Sequence record: OZ035743.1
Source: Phapecoctavirus DIJ07P1
Strand: one strand, 5' to 3'
Length of the DNA stretch: 64,000 nt
Shown here: positions 1 through 10,365 of the stretch, piece after piece
Layout: each line of letters begins with the position of its first letter
Position numbering within the stretch: the first letter of the stretch is position 1
Notes under the pieces: model-generated
The model's database searches: none
Told to the model about the DNA's origin: nothing
Seen by the model: the letters and a program-made list of their open reading frames with translations, nothing else
Program-made: the position numbers and the translations under genes

Positions 1-7
1 GAGATAA

Positions 8-2032
8 ATGAATTTAACAAGACCTAATAGTGCGATAGCCGATCTAGTAGAAGCTACTTATCGAAAACGTCGCAGTTTTGAGGCAGGTTTTACATTACGT
101 AATTCCCGTGAAGTTTTGCTGTTAGCGGCAGAAGGGAATTATTACCAATGGAAAGGAACTTTTCCTAAAGTAGTTCCAGCAAACTCTACGCCAGCCACCA
201 CAGGTGGTATTTCTTCCCTTGCATGGCAAAGTGTTGGGACCGCTGATGATATAGCAATTATCAATGCCAAGTTTACGGCAATGCAGCAACAGATTGATGA
301 TCTGTCGGAAACAATACCTGAAGCTGGTAAATCGGCTTATCAGATCGCACTTGATAATGGTTTTGTTGGAACAGAAGCACAATGGCTTGCTTCTTTGAAA
401 GGGGATACTGGTGCTCAACTTAATATTAAAGGATCGTTAGCAAGCACTAGTGAACTACCATCTACAGGTAACGTTGCAGGGGATGGTTATATCGTAGGCG
501 ATGTGATTTACGCTTGGGACGGTTCTGTTTGGAAACTTATTTCTTCTCTTGGACCAGAAGGGAAATCAGCTTACGAGGTATGGTTGGCAGATGGTAATAC
601 AGGATCTGTTTATGACTTTCTTGCCTCTATAAAAGGTGATAAAGGAGACGTTGGTCCTACAGGTCCACAGGGTGCACCTGGTGTCAACGCTAATGGTTTT
701 GATTACCGTGGAGATTTGCCTTCTACAAGTAACTTACCACAACCCAACTCTGAAAACGTAAGCCAAGCTTATTCTATTAATGGTAATCTTTATGTCTCTA
801 ATGGGACAGCTTGGGTCAACATGGGTAATATTGTTGGTCCTCAAGGTCCACAAGGTGAGGCAGGTAAAGACGGTCTAGATGGAACAGATGGAGACGAAGG
901 GAAATCTGCATATCAAAGTTGGCTGGACGCTGGTAATGAAGGGACAGAAGTAGATTTTATTGCCTCGCTTAAAGGTCCAAAAGGAGACAAGGGAGAGCAA
1001 GGAGAACGAGGACCACAAGGCGAATTAGGTCCACAAGGACCAGTGGGTGCAACAGGATCAGGTTTAGAGATTATCGGGGTTCTGAACAGCGAAGCTGAAC
1101 TTCCTCCGACTGGAGAAGTAGGTGATGCATATAAAATTAATAATGATTTGTATGTTTGGGTTCAAGATGCTACAGAATGGATGAATGTTGGCAGTCTTGG
1201 AGGAACATCAATTACAGCCAAAGGTCATGTTCCGAACAGCGAGGCTCTCCCTGTTTATAATAACTATGGTGATGCCTACTTAACTGAGGACACTAGTAAT
1301 CTTTACATCTATACCTACGATCAAGACACCAATTCCGCATCTTTTGTTGACATGGGGAGTATTAAAGGTGACAAAGGTGAAAAAGGGGATAAAGGAGATA
1401 AGGGTGATCCTGGAACAAACGGAACCAACGGTACTGATGGAACCAACGGTAAGGACGGCGCACAGTGGTTTGTAGCAACAACTAATCCAGTCACAGGAGA
1501 TGGTGTTATCAATGATTACGCCTTCAATACTACCACTGGGGCAGTGTTTAAGAAAACAGATTCTTCTACGTGGACACTTATAGGAACTCTTCCTAGTATA
1601 CCAGAAGCCCCTCAAGATGGCTTGACGTATGGTCGTTCTGATGGAAACTGGATCGAAATATCAGGATCAGATCCTACGGAAGCTATAACACCAACTAGAG
1701 TTACAGCAGGTTTCATGGAACTTGAAACAACTACTGCCAACTCTGGAGCATCTTGGACTCCTTCTGGAACTTCCAATATGTATGTTGTTACAGTAACTGA
1801 CGCTTTGACAGTTGGAGCATGGCCTGGTGTCACTGGCTCTACAAAACCTAAAGCGTTTTCAGCAATGATTTATTTGATTCAAGATACAACGGGACACACG
1901 GTTACACTAGATGCGTCTTATGGAGCACTAAATGATACAGAAATAGCAACTACTGCTAACGCAGTAACAATTTTGCAATTAACGTATCCTGGTGTGGGCG
2001 ATATCGTGGACATGGTTGTTGTAACACGATAA
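8..2032 (+). CDS. Tail-fibre-like structural protein with collagen-like Gly-X-Y tracts
   Basis: 674-aa ORF; Gly-X-Y runs (GPKGDKGEQGERGPQGELGPQGPVGATG; KGDKGEKGDKGDKGDPGTNGTNGTDGTNGKDG) alternating with repeated GKSAYQ/GKSAYEVWL modules; terminator follows. Confidence 0.75.
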   Translation: MNLTRPNSAIADLVEATYRKRRSFEAGFTLRNSREVLLLAAEGNYYQWKGTFPKVVPANSTPATTGGISSLAWQSVGTADDIAIINAKFTAMQQQIDDLSETIPEAGKSAYQIALDNGFVGTEAQWLASLKGDTGAQLNIKGSLASTSELPSTGNVAGDGYIVGDVIYAWDGSVWKLISSLGPEGKSAYEVWLADGNTGSVYDFLASIKGDKGDVGPTGPQGAPGVNANGFDYRGDLPSTSNLPQPNSENVSQAYSINGNLYVSNGTAWVNMGNIVGPQGPQGEAGKDGLDGTDGDEGKSAYQSWLDAGNEGTEVDFIASLKGPKGDKGEQGERGPQGELGPQGPVGATGSGLEIIGVLNSEAELPPTGEVGDAYKINNDLYVWVQDATEWMNVGSLGGTSITAKGHVPNSEALPVYNNYGDAYLTEDTSNLYIYTYDQDTNSASFVDMGSIKGDKGEKGDKGDKGDPGTNGTNGTDGTNGKDGAQWFVATTNPVTGDGVINDYAFNTTTGAVFKKTDSSTWTLIGTLPSIPEAPQDGLTYGRSDGNWIEISGSDPTEAITPTRVTAGFMELETTTANSGASWTPSGTSNMYVVTVTDALTVGAWPGVTGSTKPKAFSAMIYLIQDTTGHTVTLDASYGALNDTEIATTANAVTILQLTYPGVGDIVDMVVVTR

Positions 2033-2035
2033 CAG

Positions 2036-2058
2036 AAGCCCCGAAAGGGGCTTTCTTT
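2036..2058 (+). terminator. Rho-independent terminator
   Basis: agccccgaaaggggct hairpin followed by T-run. Confidence 0.7.
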
Positions 2059-2073
2059 TTATGGAGGGTTTAA

Positions 2074-3840
2074 ATGTTTCCAATTCCAATATTTACTATT
2101 ATGACCAGCACTGGTGTCGTTCCTCTGCCAGCAGGTATTGTTAAAAAAGTAATCACTTTAGATTACCCAGATAATGCTGGTAATTCTAACAGCAGTTTAG
2201 CAATTTTGCTTAATGATGGTAGATTGTTTACTCAAGGCGCAAACCTTTTTGGTGAGATTGCAGATGGAACTCGTAGTGCACGATTCAATAATTTCCACTT
2301 AGCTTCTACTGTAGTAGCGGATGTGTTTACCGCAGATCGTTGTTTTGTTATTAAAACTAACAGTGGGGGATGGCAATATTCAGGATTGACAGCAGGGTTG
2401 GTAGGATCTATAGCAGCAGGTGGTACGGATGCATGTGTAACTACCTGGACCAGCTTTCCATCTGTAATAACAGGGACTATTTCTTTAGCCAATCTTAAAG
2501 AGGTTAAAGGAGGGTATAACAATACTCTCTGGTTAATGAATAGTGGTGTTCTTTATGGATCGGGTCAAAACACAGTGGGTAGTTTAGGTGCAAGCACTAC
2601 TAACGAAGTTTCTACTCCTCGTCAGATAACAAGCGCAGCAGTTGCTTTTGATGCAGGTTACAACCAATGCTCTTATGTCAACAATGTGGGAACCTTGCGT
2701 GTTTGTGGAGCTAGTAAAGGTTTAGCAGGTAATAATAACACAACAACAGCTTTTGTCAATGCCACAATATCCGCTACTGAAACAGTGTATGTCAAAGATT
2801 ACATCAATACAGTTTCCCAGACAATAGTTGTAGGAGATACCTCCGGTGGCACGGGTACAGTAAACTACTTATATGTTAGATCTAATACAGAAACAACCTA
2901 CACTAAACTGGATACCTTTGCAGCAGGTTTCTCAACATGGAAGTTTCCACCAAGCCGCCACTCTTTTTTCGTTGGGATCAATAATTCCTTGTGGGCTATT
3001 GGTAAGAACTACACTGCAAACTTAGGTTTGGGGTATGATTCTGCGAGCGGAGATCCACTCCAAGTGGGAAAACCAGTTAAACCTGAAGGAGTGGGTTCTT
3101 GGGATATAAACAAGCTCACAAGCGTTCATACGCTGAATATGGATGTTACTAACCAATTAGGTTATCAAGGAACCTTTTTCGTTTATAATGGAGATATGTA
3201 TTATTCCGGTATTTGGAAAGATGGGAAAGCCTCGTATCTGTTCAATAGTGGTCTAAACTATAATAAATTCACACCAATAGCAAGCTCCGTGATTACGGGC
3301 GATATTCTGGCAACTGGCTTAACTACAGATTCTTTAGGAATTTGTATTGTAGGTGGAACTAAACAGTTGACACATTCTGTTAGCCCAGAAGGAGGTAAAC
3401 TTTTCAATATTAAATACACTTCTTCTGCCCCTGCAAACATGACAATATCATCTACTGGTTTAATGACTTTCCATGCAGAAGGTGGTTTTGATGCAGGTAT
3501 GACAGCCTTAAACGCTGAAGGAACAACTTTATCAGATACCTCTGGAGGATATGCTTCAACATTGAGTGTTTACACCCCTAGCTTATCTGCGATGGATGTA
3601 GGAACAACACAAACAATGGTAGCAGAAATAACGCCAACAGGAGCAGCAAGCTTACCTGGTATGGTTGTTGAGTATTTCTCTAATGACCCTACGGTAGCAA
3701 CAGTTGACCCCGTTACAGGCGTTATTACAGCGGTTGCTGATGGAGGTTGTCGTATCGGTTGTAGAGCAACTTATCAAGGTGTGGTAACTGCCGAAGATAG
3801 TTCTTATCTCACAGTGAATGCTGTGGTGATTATGATTTGA
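2074..3840 (+). CDS. Tail fibre / structural protein with C-terminal Ig-like (Big_2-like) region
   Basis: 588-aa ORF, Gly/Thr/Ser/Asn-rich; C-terminal segment resembles bacterial Ig-like domain; RBS GGAGGG upstream. Confidence 0.65.
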   Translation: MFPIPIFTIMTSTGVVPLPAGIVKKVITLDYPDNAGNSNSSLAILLNDGRLFTQGANLFGEIADGTRSARFNNFHLASTVVADVFTADRCFVIKTNSGGWQYSGLTAGLVGSIAAGGTDACVTTWTSFPSVITGTISLANLKEVKGGYNNTLWLMNSGVLYGSGQNTVGSLGASTTNEVSTPRQITSAAVAFDAGYNQCSYVNNVGTLRVCGASKGLAGNNNTTTAFVNATISATETVYVKDYINTVSQTIVVGDTSGGTGTVNYLYVRSNTETTYTKLDTFAAGFSTWKFPPSRHSFFVGINNSLWAIGKNYTANLGLGYDSASGDPLQVGKPVKPEGVGSWDINKLTSVHTLNMDVTNQLGYQGTFFVYNGDMYYSGIWKDGKASYLFNSGLNYNKFTPIASSVITGDILATGLTTDSLGICIVGGTKQLTHSVSPEGGKLFNIKYTSSAPANMTISSTGLMTFHAEGGFDAGMTALNAEGTTLSDTSGGYASTLSVYTPSLSAMDVGTTQTMVAEITPTGAASLPGMVVEYFSNDPTVATVDPVTGVITAVADGGCRIGCRATYQGVVTAEDSSYLTVNAVVIMI

Positions 3841-3912
3841 CGCAAGAAACTATTCCGGCGGATTGGGGATCGAAGTTCATTACAGGTTTGAAATATTACG
3901 ACTAATAAAAAA

Positions 3913-3932
3913 GGGAACCCGCAAAGGTTCCC
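3913..3932. terminator. Bidirectional terminator between convergent genes
   Basis: gggaacc-cgcaaa-ggttccc hairpin flanked by A-run upstream and T-run downstream. Confidence 0.7.
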
Positions 3933-3968
3933 TTTTCTTTTATAAAAACTCTTTATAAATCAATAAGA

Positions 3969-4856
3969 TCAGAACGGAATATCATCGTCGAAGTCCATTG
4001 GAGGTTCTTCTTGATTACTTGGAGTTGGTTCTGGTTGTGGTTCAGGTTTCTTAACTTCTTTCTTCTCTTCTTTCTTAGGCTGTTCTGCGGAACCACGAAT
4101 GGCAGCAGCAACTTTATCAGACAGAGCCAGAACTTTACGAGCAGAGTCGATCAGATCTTCTACAGATACAGTCTTAATGGTATGGTCTTTACAAGCATTG
4201 AGGATAGCGTGACCAACAGATGCCCCAAGATCATAATCATTAATATCAACACCACGAGATTCAGCAATTTCCGATTTCAGTGTGACAGTTGCAGATTGAA
4301 CAACCCCAGCGATATCGAAAGCATCGCCTTTAACACCATTACGAATCAGTTCCAGTGCACCATTTACTGCGTGACCAGTTTCCAGACCTACAGTATCACG
4401 TTTTTTATAGGACTGCTTAGGAGCAGCATCGTTGGAACCTTTATTACCAGAAGATTTGTTAGACTTCTGAACACCATCGGTAGACAATACTGTAATACGA
4501 GATTTTTTAGTATTGTAGTAAGTTTTACCGCCTTTATTATCAACGCGATCAATATCAATACTTACTTCTACACCTTTTTCAATAGTGATCCAATTATCAC
4601 CTTCTTTGACTTGCAGGTTTTCATAACCTTCTTTCAGTTCAATGTCACCAAGAGAAATCCAAACACCTTTCTCATCTGGTTTAGCACCTTTCTCTTTCAG
4701 AACAAGAGAGGCTCGGTGAGTTGAAACAATCGTTTTTCCTTCCCAATGAAAAGTTTTAGGTTCAGCGAATTTATCCAGTTTAACGTAGTCTACGATACCA
4801 GTTGCATAAGTTACGGTTTTGCCTTTACGATCAGTTTCAGTATTAATTACGGACAT
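3969..4856 (-). CDS. ssb: Single-stranded DNA-binding protein
   Basis: 295 aa; C-terminus PMDFDDDIPF matches the acidic SSB tail (DDDIPF); Gly/Lys-rich linker before tail. Confidence 0.75.
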   Translation of the reverse strand: MSVINTETDRKGKTVTYATGIVDYVKLDKFAEPKTFHWEGKTIVSTHRASLVLKEKGAKPDEKGVWISLGDIELKEGYENLQVKEGDNWITIEKGVEVSIDIDRVDNKGGKTYYNTKKSRITVLSTDGVQKSNKSSGNKGSNDAAPKQSYKKRDTVGLETGHAVNGALELIRNGVKGDAFDIAGVVQSATVTLKSEIAESRGVDINDYDLGASVGHAILNACKDHTIKTVSVEDLIDSARKVLALSDKVAAAIRGSAEQPKKEEKKEVKKPEPQPEPTPSNQEEPPMDFDDDIPF

Positions 4857-4872
4857 TATTATCTCCTCTACA

Positions 4873-5265
4873 TTACATTAATTTTGCACAGAAAGAGCGG
4901 AGTCTTTCCATATCATCTTGCTCTAACAGGTATTTACCTTTACCTATTCCAACTCCAATTTCACCATTAGGAAAATGAACTATTTGCACTGGGAAACCTC
5001 CGAGTTTAATTGTGGCAGCTTTGCCTTCTTCGTCTATAACGTTTCGGATTGTATCTTGCAGTGAAATGAATTCTTTGTTTGTAACAGTGGTTTCAATTAT
5101 TTCAGATGTTTCGACACGAGCAGTTAGCTTCTTGTTTCCACCTTGAATAACCAAAATTTGAAAATAAAAAGAGTTGTCAAGACCTACAACATTTTTCTCA
5201 ACTAGTGTCAAACTGGTGTAGTTTCCATAAACAGTTTCAACAGCTATCTTAGAACGTTCAGTCAT
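4873..5265 (-). CDS. Hypothetical protein
   Basis: 130-aa ORF in compact minus-strand operon; no motif recognised. Confidence 0.55.
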   Translation of the reverse strand: MTERSKIAVETVYGNYTSLTLVEKNVVGLDNSFYFQILVIQGGNKKLTARVETSEIIETTVTNKEFISLQDTIRNVIDEEGKAATIKLGGFPVQIVHFPNGEIGVGIGKGKYLLEQDDMERLRSFCAKLM

Positions 5266-5310
5266 TGAATGCTATCCTATCATAAAATGTTTAATATTGT
5301 CAAGCTTTAA

Positions 5311-5904
5311 TTACCAAGGAATATCATCTTCTTCCAATCTGGTATCTACTTGAGGTGGACGTGGAACCTTAACCTCTTTCACAAAACGAAGATATGGGAA
5401 ACGTGTAGCAATTTTAATAACGTGTTTGGCATCTTCTCTAACATCTTTGTGCAAGAAGCAGATCCCTGTTTCCAAAGTTGTTTCAAAATCTTTAGAGTAA
5501 TAACAATCCTTCCCATCAAATGCAGCCTGGCAGATGGACAGATCAAACTCATTTAGAAAGGTTGTCATTACGCTTGGTTCCATAATCATAAGGTTGCAAA
5601 GCTGACCATCACGTTCAAACTCAAAAACGTGTTTAAGACCAGTAACACCCTCGTAGTTATCCGAAGCTTCTTTGTTTCCTAATTTACGAACATTAGTTCC
5701 CATCAAAGCAGATGCAATCAATTCTTGTATTTGCTCTTCTGATCGATGTGCAGGAAGAGACGTGTAAAAATCCAGATCACGTCCAGCAATATCAAGAATA
5801 CGCCAATCACGAACAGCGCCGCCAGCCAAGACAGAATTAGGATCAGCAATCTTTAATACGGTAAGAATTTCTTTGGCAATATTGATTTGTTTTGATTTAG
5901 TCAT
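5311..5904 (-). CDS. Pol-beta-type nucleotidyltransferase (CCA-adding-enzyme head-domain-like)
   Basis: 197 aa; LAGGAVRDW...DLD matches the GGxVRD plus DxD signature of tRNA nucleotidyltransferase head domains. Confidence 0.55.
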   Translation of the reverse strand: MTKSKQINIAKEILTVLKIADPNSVLAGGAVRDWRILDIAGRDLDFYTSLPAHRSEEQIQELIASALMGTNVRKLGNKEASDNYEGVTGLKHVFEFERDGQLCNLMIMEPSVMTTFLNEFDLSICQAAFDGKDCYYSKDFETTLETGICFLHKDVREDAKHVIKIATRFPYLRFVKEVKVPRPPQVDTRLEEDDIPW

Positions 5905-6115
5905 GGATACGCCCCACAGTTACTTTTACAACATCGTCCATATTAATCTCATCCCCCAAGACCTCAATAACACCTTCCTCATAAAGTCGAGCACATTCTT
6001 CCCACACTTCAGCTTCCGTCATTCCACCTGCAATCTTATTTGCAAGACCTTTAATAACATCTTCATTTTGTTCATCAACAAGAATTGAAACATTAAAGCT
6101 CACTAATTTACGCAT
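5897..6115 (-). CDS. Hypothetical protein
   Basis: 72-aa ORF, 8-nt overlap with upstream gene; RBS present. Confidence 0.5.
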   Translation of the reverse strand: MRKLVSFNVSILVDEQNEDVIKGLANKIAGGMTEAEVWEECARLYEEGVIEVLGDEINMDDVVKVTVGRIHD

Positions 6116-6125
6116 TGTTTTCTCC

Positions 6126-6293
6126 TTATACTTCTAAACGGAAAGTTTCTTTAGATACAAAATCGTATCCACCTTTTTCAAGCCAGTCATTGTAAACCTC
6201 ATCGGCTTGAGACTCTATCATAAAATACCGAGTGATAACTTCGTCTCCGACAATACGCACAATTTTATAGCAAATCATGATACCATTTCCCAT
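6126..6293 (-). CDS. Hypothetical small protein (below ORF-track cutoff)
   Basis: about 55-aa ORF read manually; ATG overlaps stop of upstream gene (TAATG); boundaries approximate. Confidence 0.35.
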   Translation of the reverse strand: MGNGIMICYKIVRIVGDEVITRYFMIESQADEVYNDWLEKGGYDFVSKETFRLEV

Positions 6294-6484
6294 TAATCTT
6301 CCTCCAGATCAATTTCATTATAACAATGTATGCAGAAACCATCATTGTGCATATGTTGTTCATAGGACATATCTTTACCACAAGACCAACAACGGATATC
6401 CCCATCGTCCCATTCACGTTCTTCTTCACCTTCAAATTCATCTGGTAGATAAGGCATACCAAGACAATCTAAATCGTAATGCAT
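6293..6484 (-). CDS. Small acidic zinc-ribbon protein
   Basis: 63 aa; CWSCG...CIHC Cys pairs; GGAGG RBS upstream; preferred over overlapping 6265..6462 frame. Confidence 0.6.
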   Translation of the reverse strand: MHYDLDCLGMPYLPDEFEGEEEREWDDGDIRCWSCGKDMSYEQHMHNDGFCIHCYNEIDLEED

Positions 6485-6500
6485 ATCTCCTCCTATAAAG

Positions 6501-6522
6501 GGGCAGAAGCCCCTTATAAAAC
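6501..6522 (-). terminator. Hairpin downstream of DNA polymerase gene
   Basis: aaggggc-aga-gcccctt stem-loop; weak T-tract. Confidence 0.45.
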
Positions 6523-6532
6523 AATGAGTTAA

Positions 6533-9130
6533 CTAGTGACAGGACGCCCAGGAGTTACCCACATCATATCCGGCAGTAAGCTGAACATTAAGATTGTAAA
6601 ATTCTCCAGCCTTAGTAACAGCTAAAGCAGCAAGTTCACCTGCCCGACTATAGGCTGTAAACCATCCACCTTTGGGAGATTCATGAATGTTAGCCCAAAT
6701 TTGCCCTGTCTCTTTTTCCTTATTATGCTTCCATTCTTCAACTTTAGCAAGGCATTCTTTATCAATTTTCTTTTGTTCTTCAGGATCGTCTACTTTCTTC
6801 CAACCTAATGATTCAGGTGAAAACCATTTAAATTCTACAAGGTTACGAGAAACTTCAAGCTGGGCTTCATCGTGATATGCAATCATTTGTTGCACGAAGT
6901 CTTTATTCTTCCAGTCATCTTTAAAGAAGTCAACACTTAGCCCTTCTTCTTCGATCATGTCGTCATAAATAACCATTGCACGTTTAGCACAGATAACCCC
7001 ACCACTTTGGAACAGAGAGTTAAGAATCGCGTGAGCAGAACGAGTAGGAACCTTACGACCGTCAATACCCAAAACATACTGTTTACCAGTCTTAACCCAG
7101 AAATCGTTTAAACGTTCTTTAAGACGCGCCAGTGGGAATGCAGCTTCCCAGAAAGCATCGAACACCAGTTGCCCTGTGTATTTATCGCTACCAATTGTTT
7201 TAGCAACCTTGTCTGCTTGTGCACCATAAGTGATCCCGTATTTAACAGATTTCGCCGGACTACGTTCAAATTTACGCCCAATAGTATCTGTAATACGTTT
7301 TGCCATCATGGTATGAACATCGTTAGGCTTCTCTAACAAGAGAGCGTTACAGTATTCATGAGGCTCCGGTTCGTAGCGCCAACAATAATGCGACTCAATC
7401 TTTGCTTCCAAAGAGTCGAAGTCATAACCGATCTGGAAGTATTTAGGAACTTCTACACCAAACAAGTTACGCATCTCCCATCCAAACAAAGATGTGACAC
7501 GAGGGATATTGGCTACAGACCTATGCTTCATACGAGAGGTTGCAGCATCACATGTAGCGGCTGGTGTAGGAATACGCCCATCCGCCCTTACTGCGGCTAA
7601 GAAACCTTTATCGTATTCTTGATCTTCTTCATCTTCTTCCCAATCAGCACCGCCACCTAAAATAGAGTTCCTACGATGCTTATACGTTAAGTATTCTACA
7701 ATCTGAGTAGCATAAGGAAATTTCTCACCCAAAGCTTGCAGGTTAGGACAAATTTCTTTTTCCTGGCCTTTGGTAAAACATGGGTTAGTCAATACTTTAA
7801 GACCGCGACCTTTACCTTTTGCTATACGCTCTTGAATCTTCCTTTCCAAGGTTTCCGGTGTGCACTCCAGATGATCACAACGATCCTGACAAAAATTAGA
7901 AGATAGAGTTTGCTCAACGTAAGCTCGAATACCTTTCTGAAGTTCTTCCTCGCTCTTTTTAATCTTGGTGCCAGATTTAAGAGTCAAGTCTTTATCTTTA
8001 TATTCAGACGGTACCCAACCTAATCCTACAAGCCAGTTTTTAATATGGGTTGTATCGTTCAATGTTGCAGGGATGTTAGGATCACATAGAGGTTCATCTG
8101 CTGCAACTGGCAGTTTCCACTCTTTCCCCAACATAACTAACCACCAATCGCCATCCCTCTCTTCCAAATGACCATCATGTTTCTTAGCAAAATTAATCAT
8201 ATGGTTAGTTGGCTCTAAGTTCTTTTTAATTTGCAACTTAGGTGGAATAAAAGCCTTAAGATAACCTTTTGTTGCTGGTTTAGGTGGCAAAATAGGCTCA
8301 ACGAGTAAACGAAGACGCTCCATTTCTGCATCCAAAAAAGCAAGGTTCTCTTCTGCTTGCTTCATGTTAAAAGCAAACCCACGGTGTTCCTGGCGTGTAA
8401 TAATGTCTGCTACACGTTGTTCAAGTTCAAATGGACCTTCCCATTTATCATAATCGCCCCATTCTTCCATAAGGTAATTATATACGCTCGTATTGGCTTT
8501 GTTGTCATAGATACAGTAATAAAGCATATCCGCAGCAAAAGTCTTAAATCGATCTTCTTCTGGAATCTCTTTACGGAAATCTATTTTTACATCACCACCT
8601 GCCTTTCGAGAAAGTGCTGCCAAACTATGTCCTGATTTGCCCTCAATCTTTCGATCTGGGTTTAACACTTTACTCAAAATCAAGGAGTCAATAAGTTTTA
8701 CCTTATTTTTGCCCCACGTATTATATTTAACACTGTAATCTAAGCCATAAAACAGTTTTGTAGCCAACCAGTCATAGTTGATACCGTTGTGAGCCACAGC
8801 CATTTCAACTAGATATTCAGGCTTATCTTTAAAATAACCTTCATGATTAATAAAATCTGGGAAATCTTTTAGTTGAAAATGTGTGTAATCTTGCGCCACA
8901 TATTCTTTAAGAACATATGTGTATTTACCATCTGACTCTTCATAAGGACGCCCATCAAAGATGTATTTAGGGCCATCGTGGAAAGCTACTATTTCTCCTG
9001 TTTCATGGTTCTCTAAGACAATACAGTGCATTTGAAATGTGTCTTTGAGACGATAAGGACTAGCTAAATAATCGATAGTGTCATTATTCAACAATCCGTT
9101 TGCTTCAATATCCCATGTAAACTTACTCAC
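6533..9130 (-). CDS. DNA polymerase, family A, with N-terminal 3'-5' exonuclease
   Basis: 865 aa; DIEANGL (Exo I); GYDFDSLEAKI (motif A); RSPAKSVKYGITYGAQ (motif B); YHDEAQLEV (motif C). Confidence 0.9.
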   Translation of the reverse strand: MSKFTWDIEANGLLNNDTIDYLASPYRLKDTFQMHCIVLENHETGEIVAFHDGPKYIFDGRPYEESDGKYTYVLKEYVAQDYTHFQLKDFPDFINHEGYFKDKPEYLVEMAVAHNGINYDWLATKLFYGLDYSVKYNTWGKNKVKLIDSLILSKVLNPDRKIEGKSGHSLAALSRKAGGDVKIDFRKEIPEEDRFKTFAADMLYYCIYDNKANTSVYNYLMEEWGDYDKWEGPFELEQRVADIITRQEHRGFAFNMKQAEENLAFLDAEMERLRLLVEPILPPKPATKGYLKAFIPPKLQIKKNLEPTNHMINFAKKHDGHLEERDGDWWLVMLGKEWKLPVAADEPLCDPNIPATLNDTTHIKNWLVGLGWVPSEYKDKDLTLKSGTKIKKSEEELQKGIRAYVEQTLSSNFCQDRCDHLECTPETLERKIQERIAKGKGRGLKVLTNPCFTKGQEKEICPNLQALGEKFPYATQIVEYLTYKHRRNSILGGGADWEEDEEDQEYDKGFLAAVRADGRIPTPAATCDAATSRMKHRSVANIPRVTSLFGWEMRNLFGVEVPKYFQIGYDFDSLEAKIESHYCWRYEPEPHEYCNALLLEKPNDVHTMMAKRITDTIGRKFERSPAKSVKYGITYGAQADKVAKTIGSDKYTGQLVFDAFWEAAFPLARLKERLNDFWVKTGKQYVLGIDGRKVPTRSAHAILNSLFQSGGVICAKRAMVIYDDMIEEEGLSVDFFKDDWKNKDFVQQMIAYHDEAQLEVSRNLVEFKWFSPESLGWKKVDDPEEQKKIDKECLAKVEEWKHNKEKETGQIWANIHESPKGGWFTAYSRAGELAALAVTKAGEFYNLNVQLTAGYDVGNSWASCH

Positions 9131-9924
9131 TATTCCTCCTTTCTAATGTTCTCCAGAACCCACTGAAGTTCTTTTAAACTTAAACTTCTTACTCCCGCAG
9201 TTTTACTAGCTTCAGCTTTAAGTAACGGGTAAGCCTCAATGATACGCGTTTTAAGATCAGAAGTCAAGGCTTTTAAAAAATAGGTAGATGCTTCAGATAA
9301 AGAATCTTCTTCTGATAACACTTTACCTGCACTTGCTCCCGCTCTCCTAACGGCTATATCGTAGTCTTTACTGTTACCTAATACGAATAGTCGATTCTCT
9401 CCTAAAACAACGGGAGAACGCTTCTCGTTGCGTTTAATCCATATCTGGAATACACAAGGAACATCCCAAGGTTCTCCATGAAGAATAAAAGATCCTTTTG
9501 GACATTCTTCTTCGTAAAGAAGATGCATATGGGGATTTAGTTTGTGTGCAAAAAAGATTTTTTGAAATGTGCGAGGCAAGATAAAACAAATACCACCTTC
9601 GTTATCCAGCATTTCAGCACAATGGTTAAAGAATTTAATGGCAAGACTAGCATTTTTTCCAAATGGAGGATTACCGACAAAAGCAGTTACACTACCAACA
9701 GACTCAACAGATTGAGCTAAAAAATCTGCCTCAATACAATCTTCAAACTTAGGGTCAATATCAAAAGAAGTTATGTTTTTAAAACAAGAAGAGAAAGCTC
9801 CTTCTCCCGCAGATGGTTCTACGTAGTTAGCTTCCTCTCCAAAAATTTCTTTGATCTTATCACATAAGAACCCCGCATAAGCGGGGTTAGTGTAATATTG
9901 ATCAAGTGTGTTCAACTTGCTCAA
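9130..9924 (-). CDS. DNA N6-adenine methyltransferase (orphan, no adjacent nuclease recognised)
   Basis: 264 aa; VEPSAGEGAF (AdoMet motif I) and FVGNPPFGK (NPPF catalytic motif). Confidence 0.75.
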   Translation of the reverse strand: MSKLNTLDQYYTNPAYAGFLCDKIKEIFGEEANYVEPSAGEGAFSSCFKNITSFDIDPKFEDCIEADFLAQSVESVGSVTAFVGNPPFGKNASLAIKFFNHCAEMLDNEGGICFILPRTFQKIFFAHKLNPHMHLLYEEECPKGSFILHGEPWDVPCVFQIWIKRNEKRSPVVLGENRLFVLGNSKDYDIAVRRAGASAGKVLSEEDSLSEASTYFLKALTSDLKTRIIEAYPLLKAEASKTAGVRSLSLKELQWVLENIRKEE

Positions 9925-9933
9925 TAGTCCTCC

Positions 9934-10365
9934 TTAGTTGTTAGCGAACTCAATAGTGAGGTCCACTTTACCATCATCAGAAATAACCATGTTTTTGGTA
10001 TTTTTAAAGATGATATCTACTTTACCTTCACTTACACGACAGAATGCAACACCATCTGCAACTTTATCAATATAATATTTGTAAGAAAGAATACCCACTT
10101 TACTACGACCAGCACCTTTTGTGAAAGAAGGGCTTACATCGAAACGGAAACCTTTAGAAGAAACAACACGGTAAGAACGTCCAGTTGGGATATGTTCAAT
10201 AACAGAGACATTGTTCTCAACAACTTTTACAGCAAACTCTTCAGGATGATCCTCAACAATCATGTGCGGAATGGCAAATGCCAACGCTTGTTTGTGTTTA
10301 ATAACACCAGCACCCAGAGCACCAGCAGCTTTAACTTTTGCATTCAGATCGATTGTCATACGCAT
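9934..10365 (-). CDS. Hypothetical protein
   Basis: 143-aa ORF between methyltransferase and primase-helicase. Confidence 0.6.
   Translation of the reverse strand: MRMTIDLNAKVKAAGALGAGVIKHKQALAFAIPHMIVEDHPEEFAVKVVENNVSVIEHIPTGRSYRVVSSKGFRFDVSPSFTKGAGRSKVGILSYKYYIDKVADGVAFCRVSEGKVDIIFKNTKNMVISDDGKVDLTIEFANN

Noticed and set aside
4011-4724. 237-aa plus-strand ORF antisense to the SSB gene
   Set aside because: Low-complexity Phe/Leu/Asn-rich translation fully inside a well-supported minus-strand gene; typical antisense artefact in AT-rich DNA.
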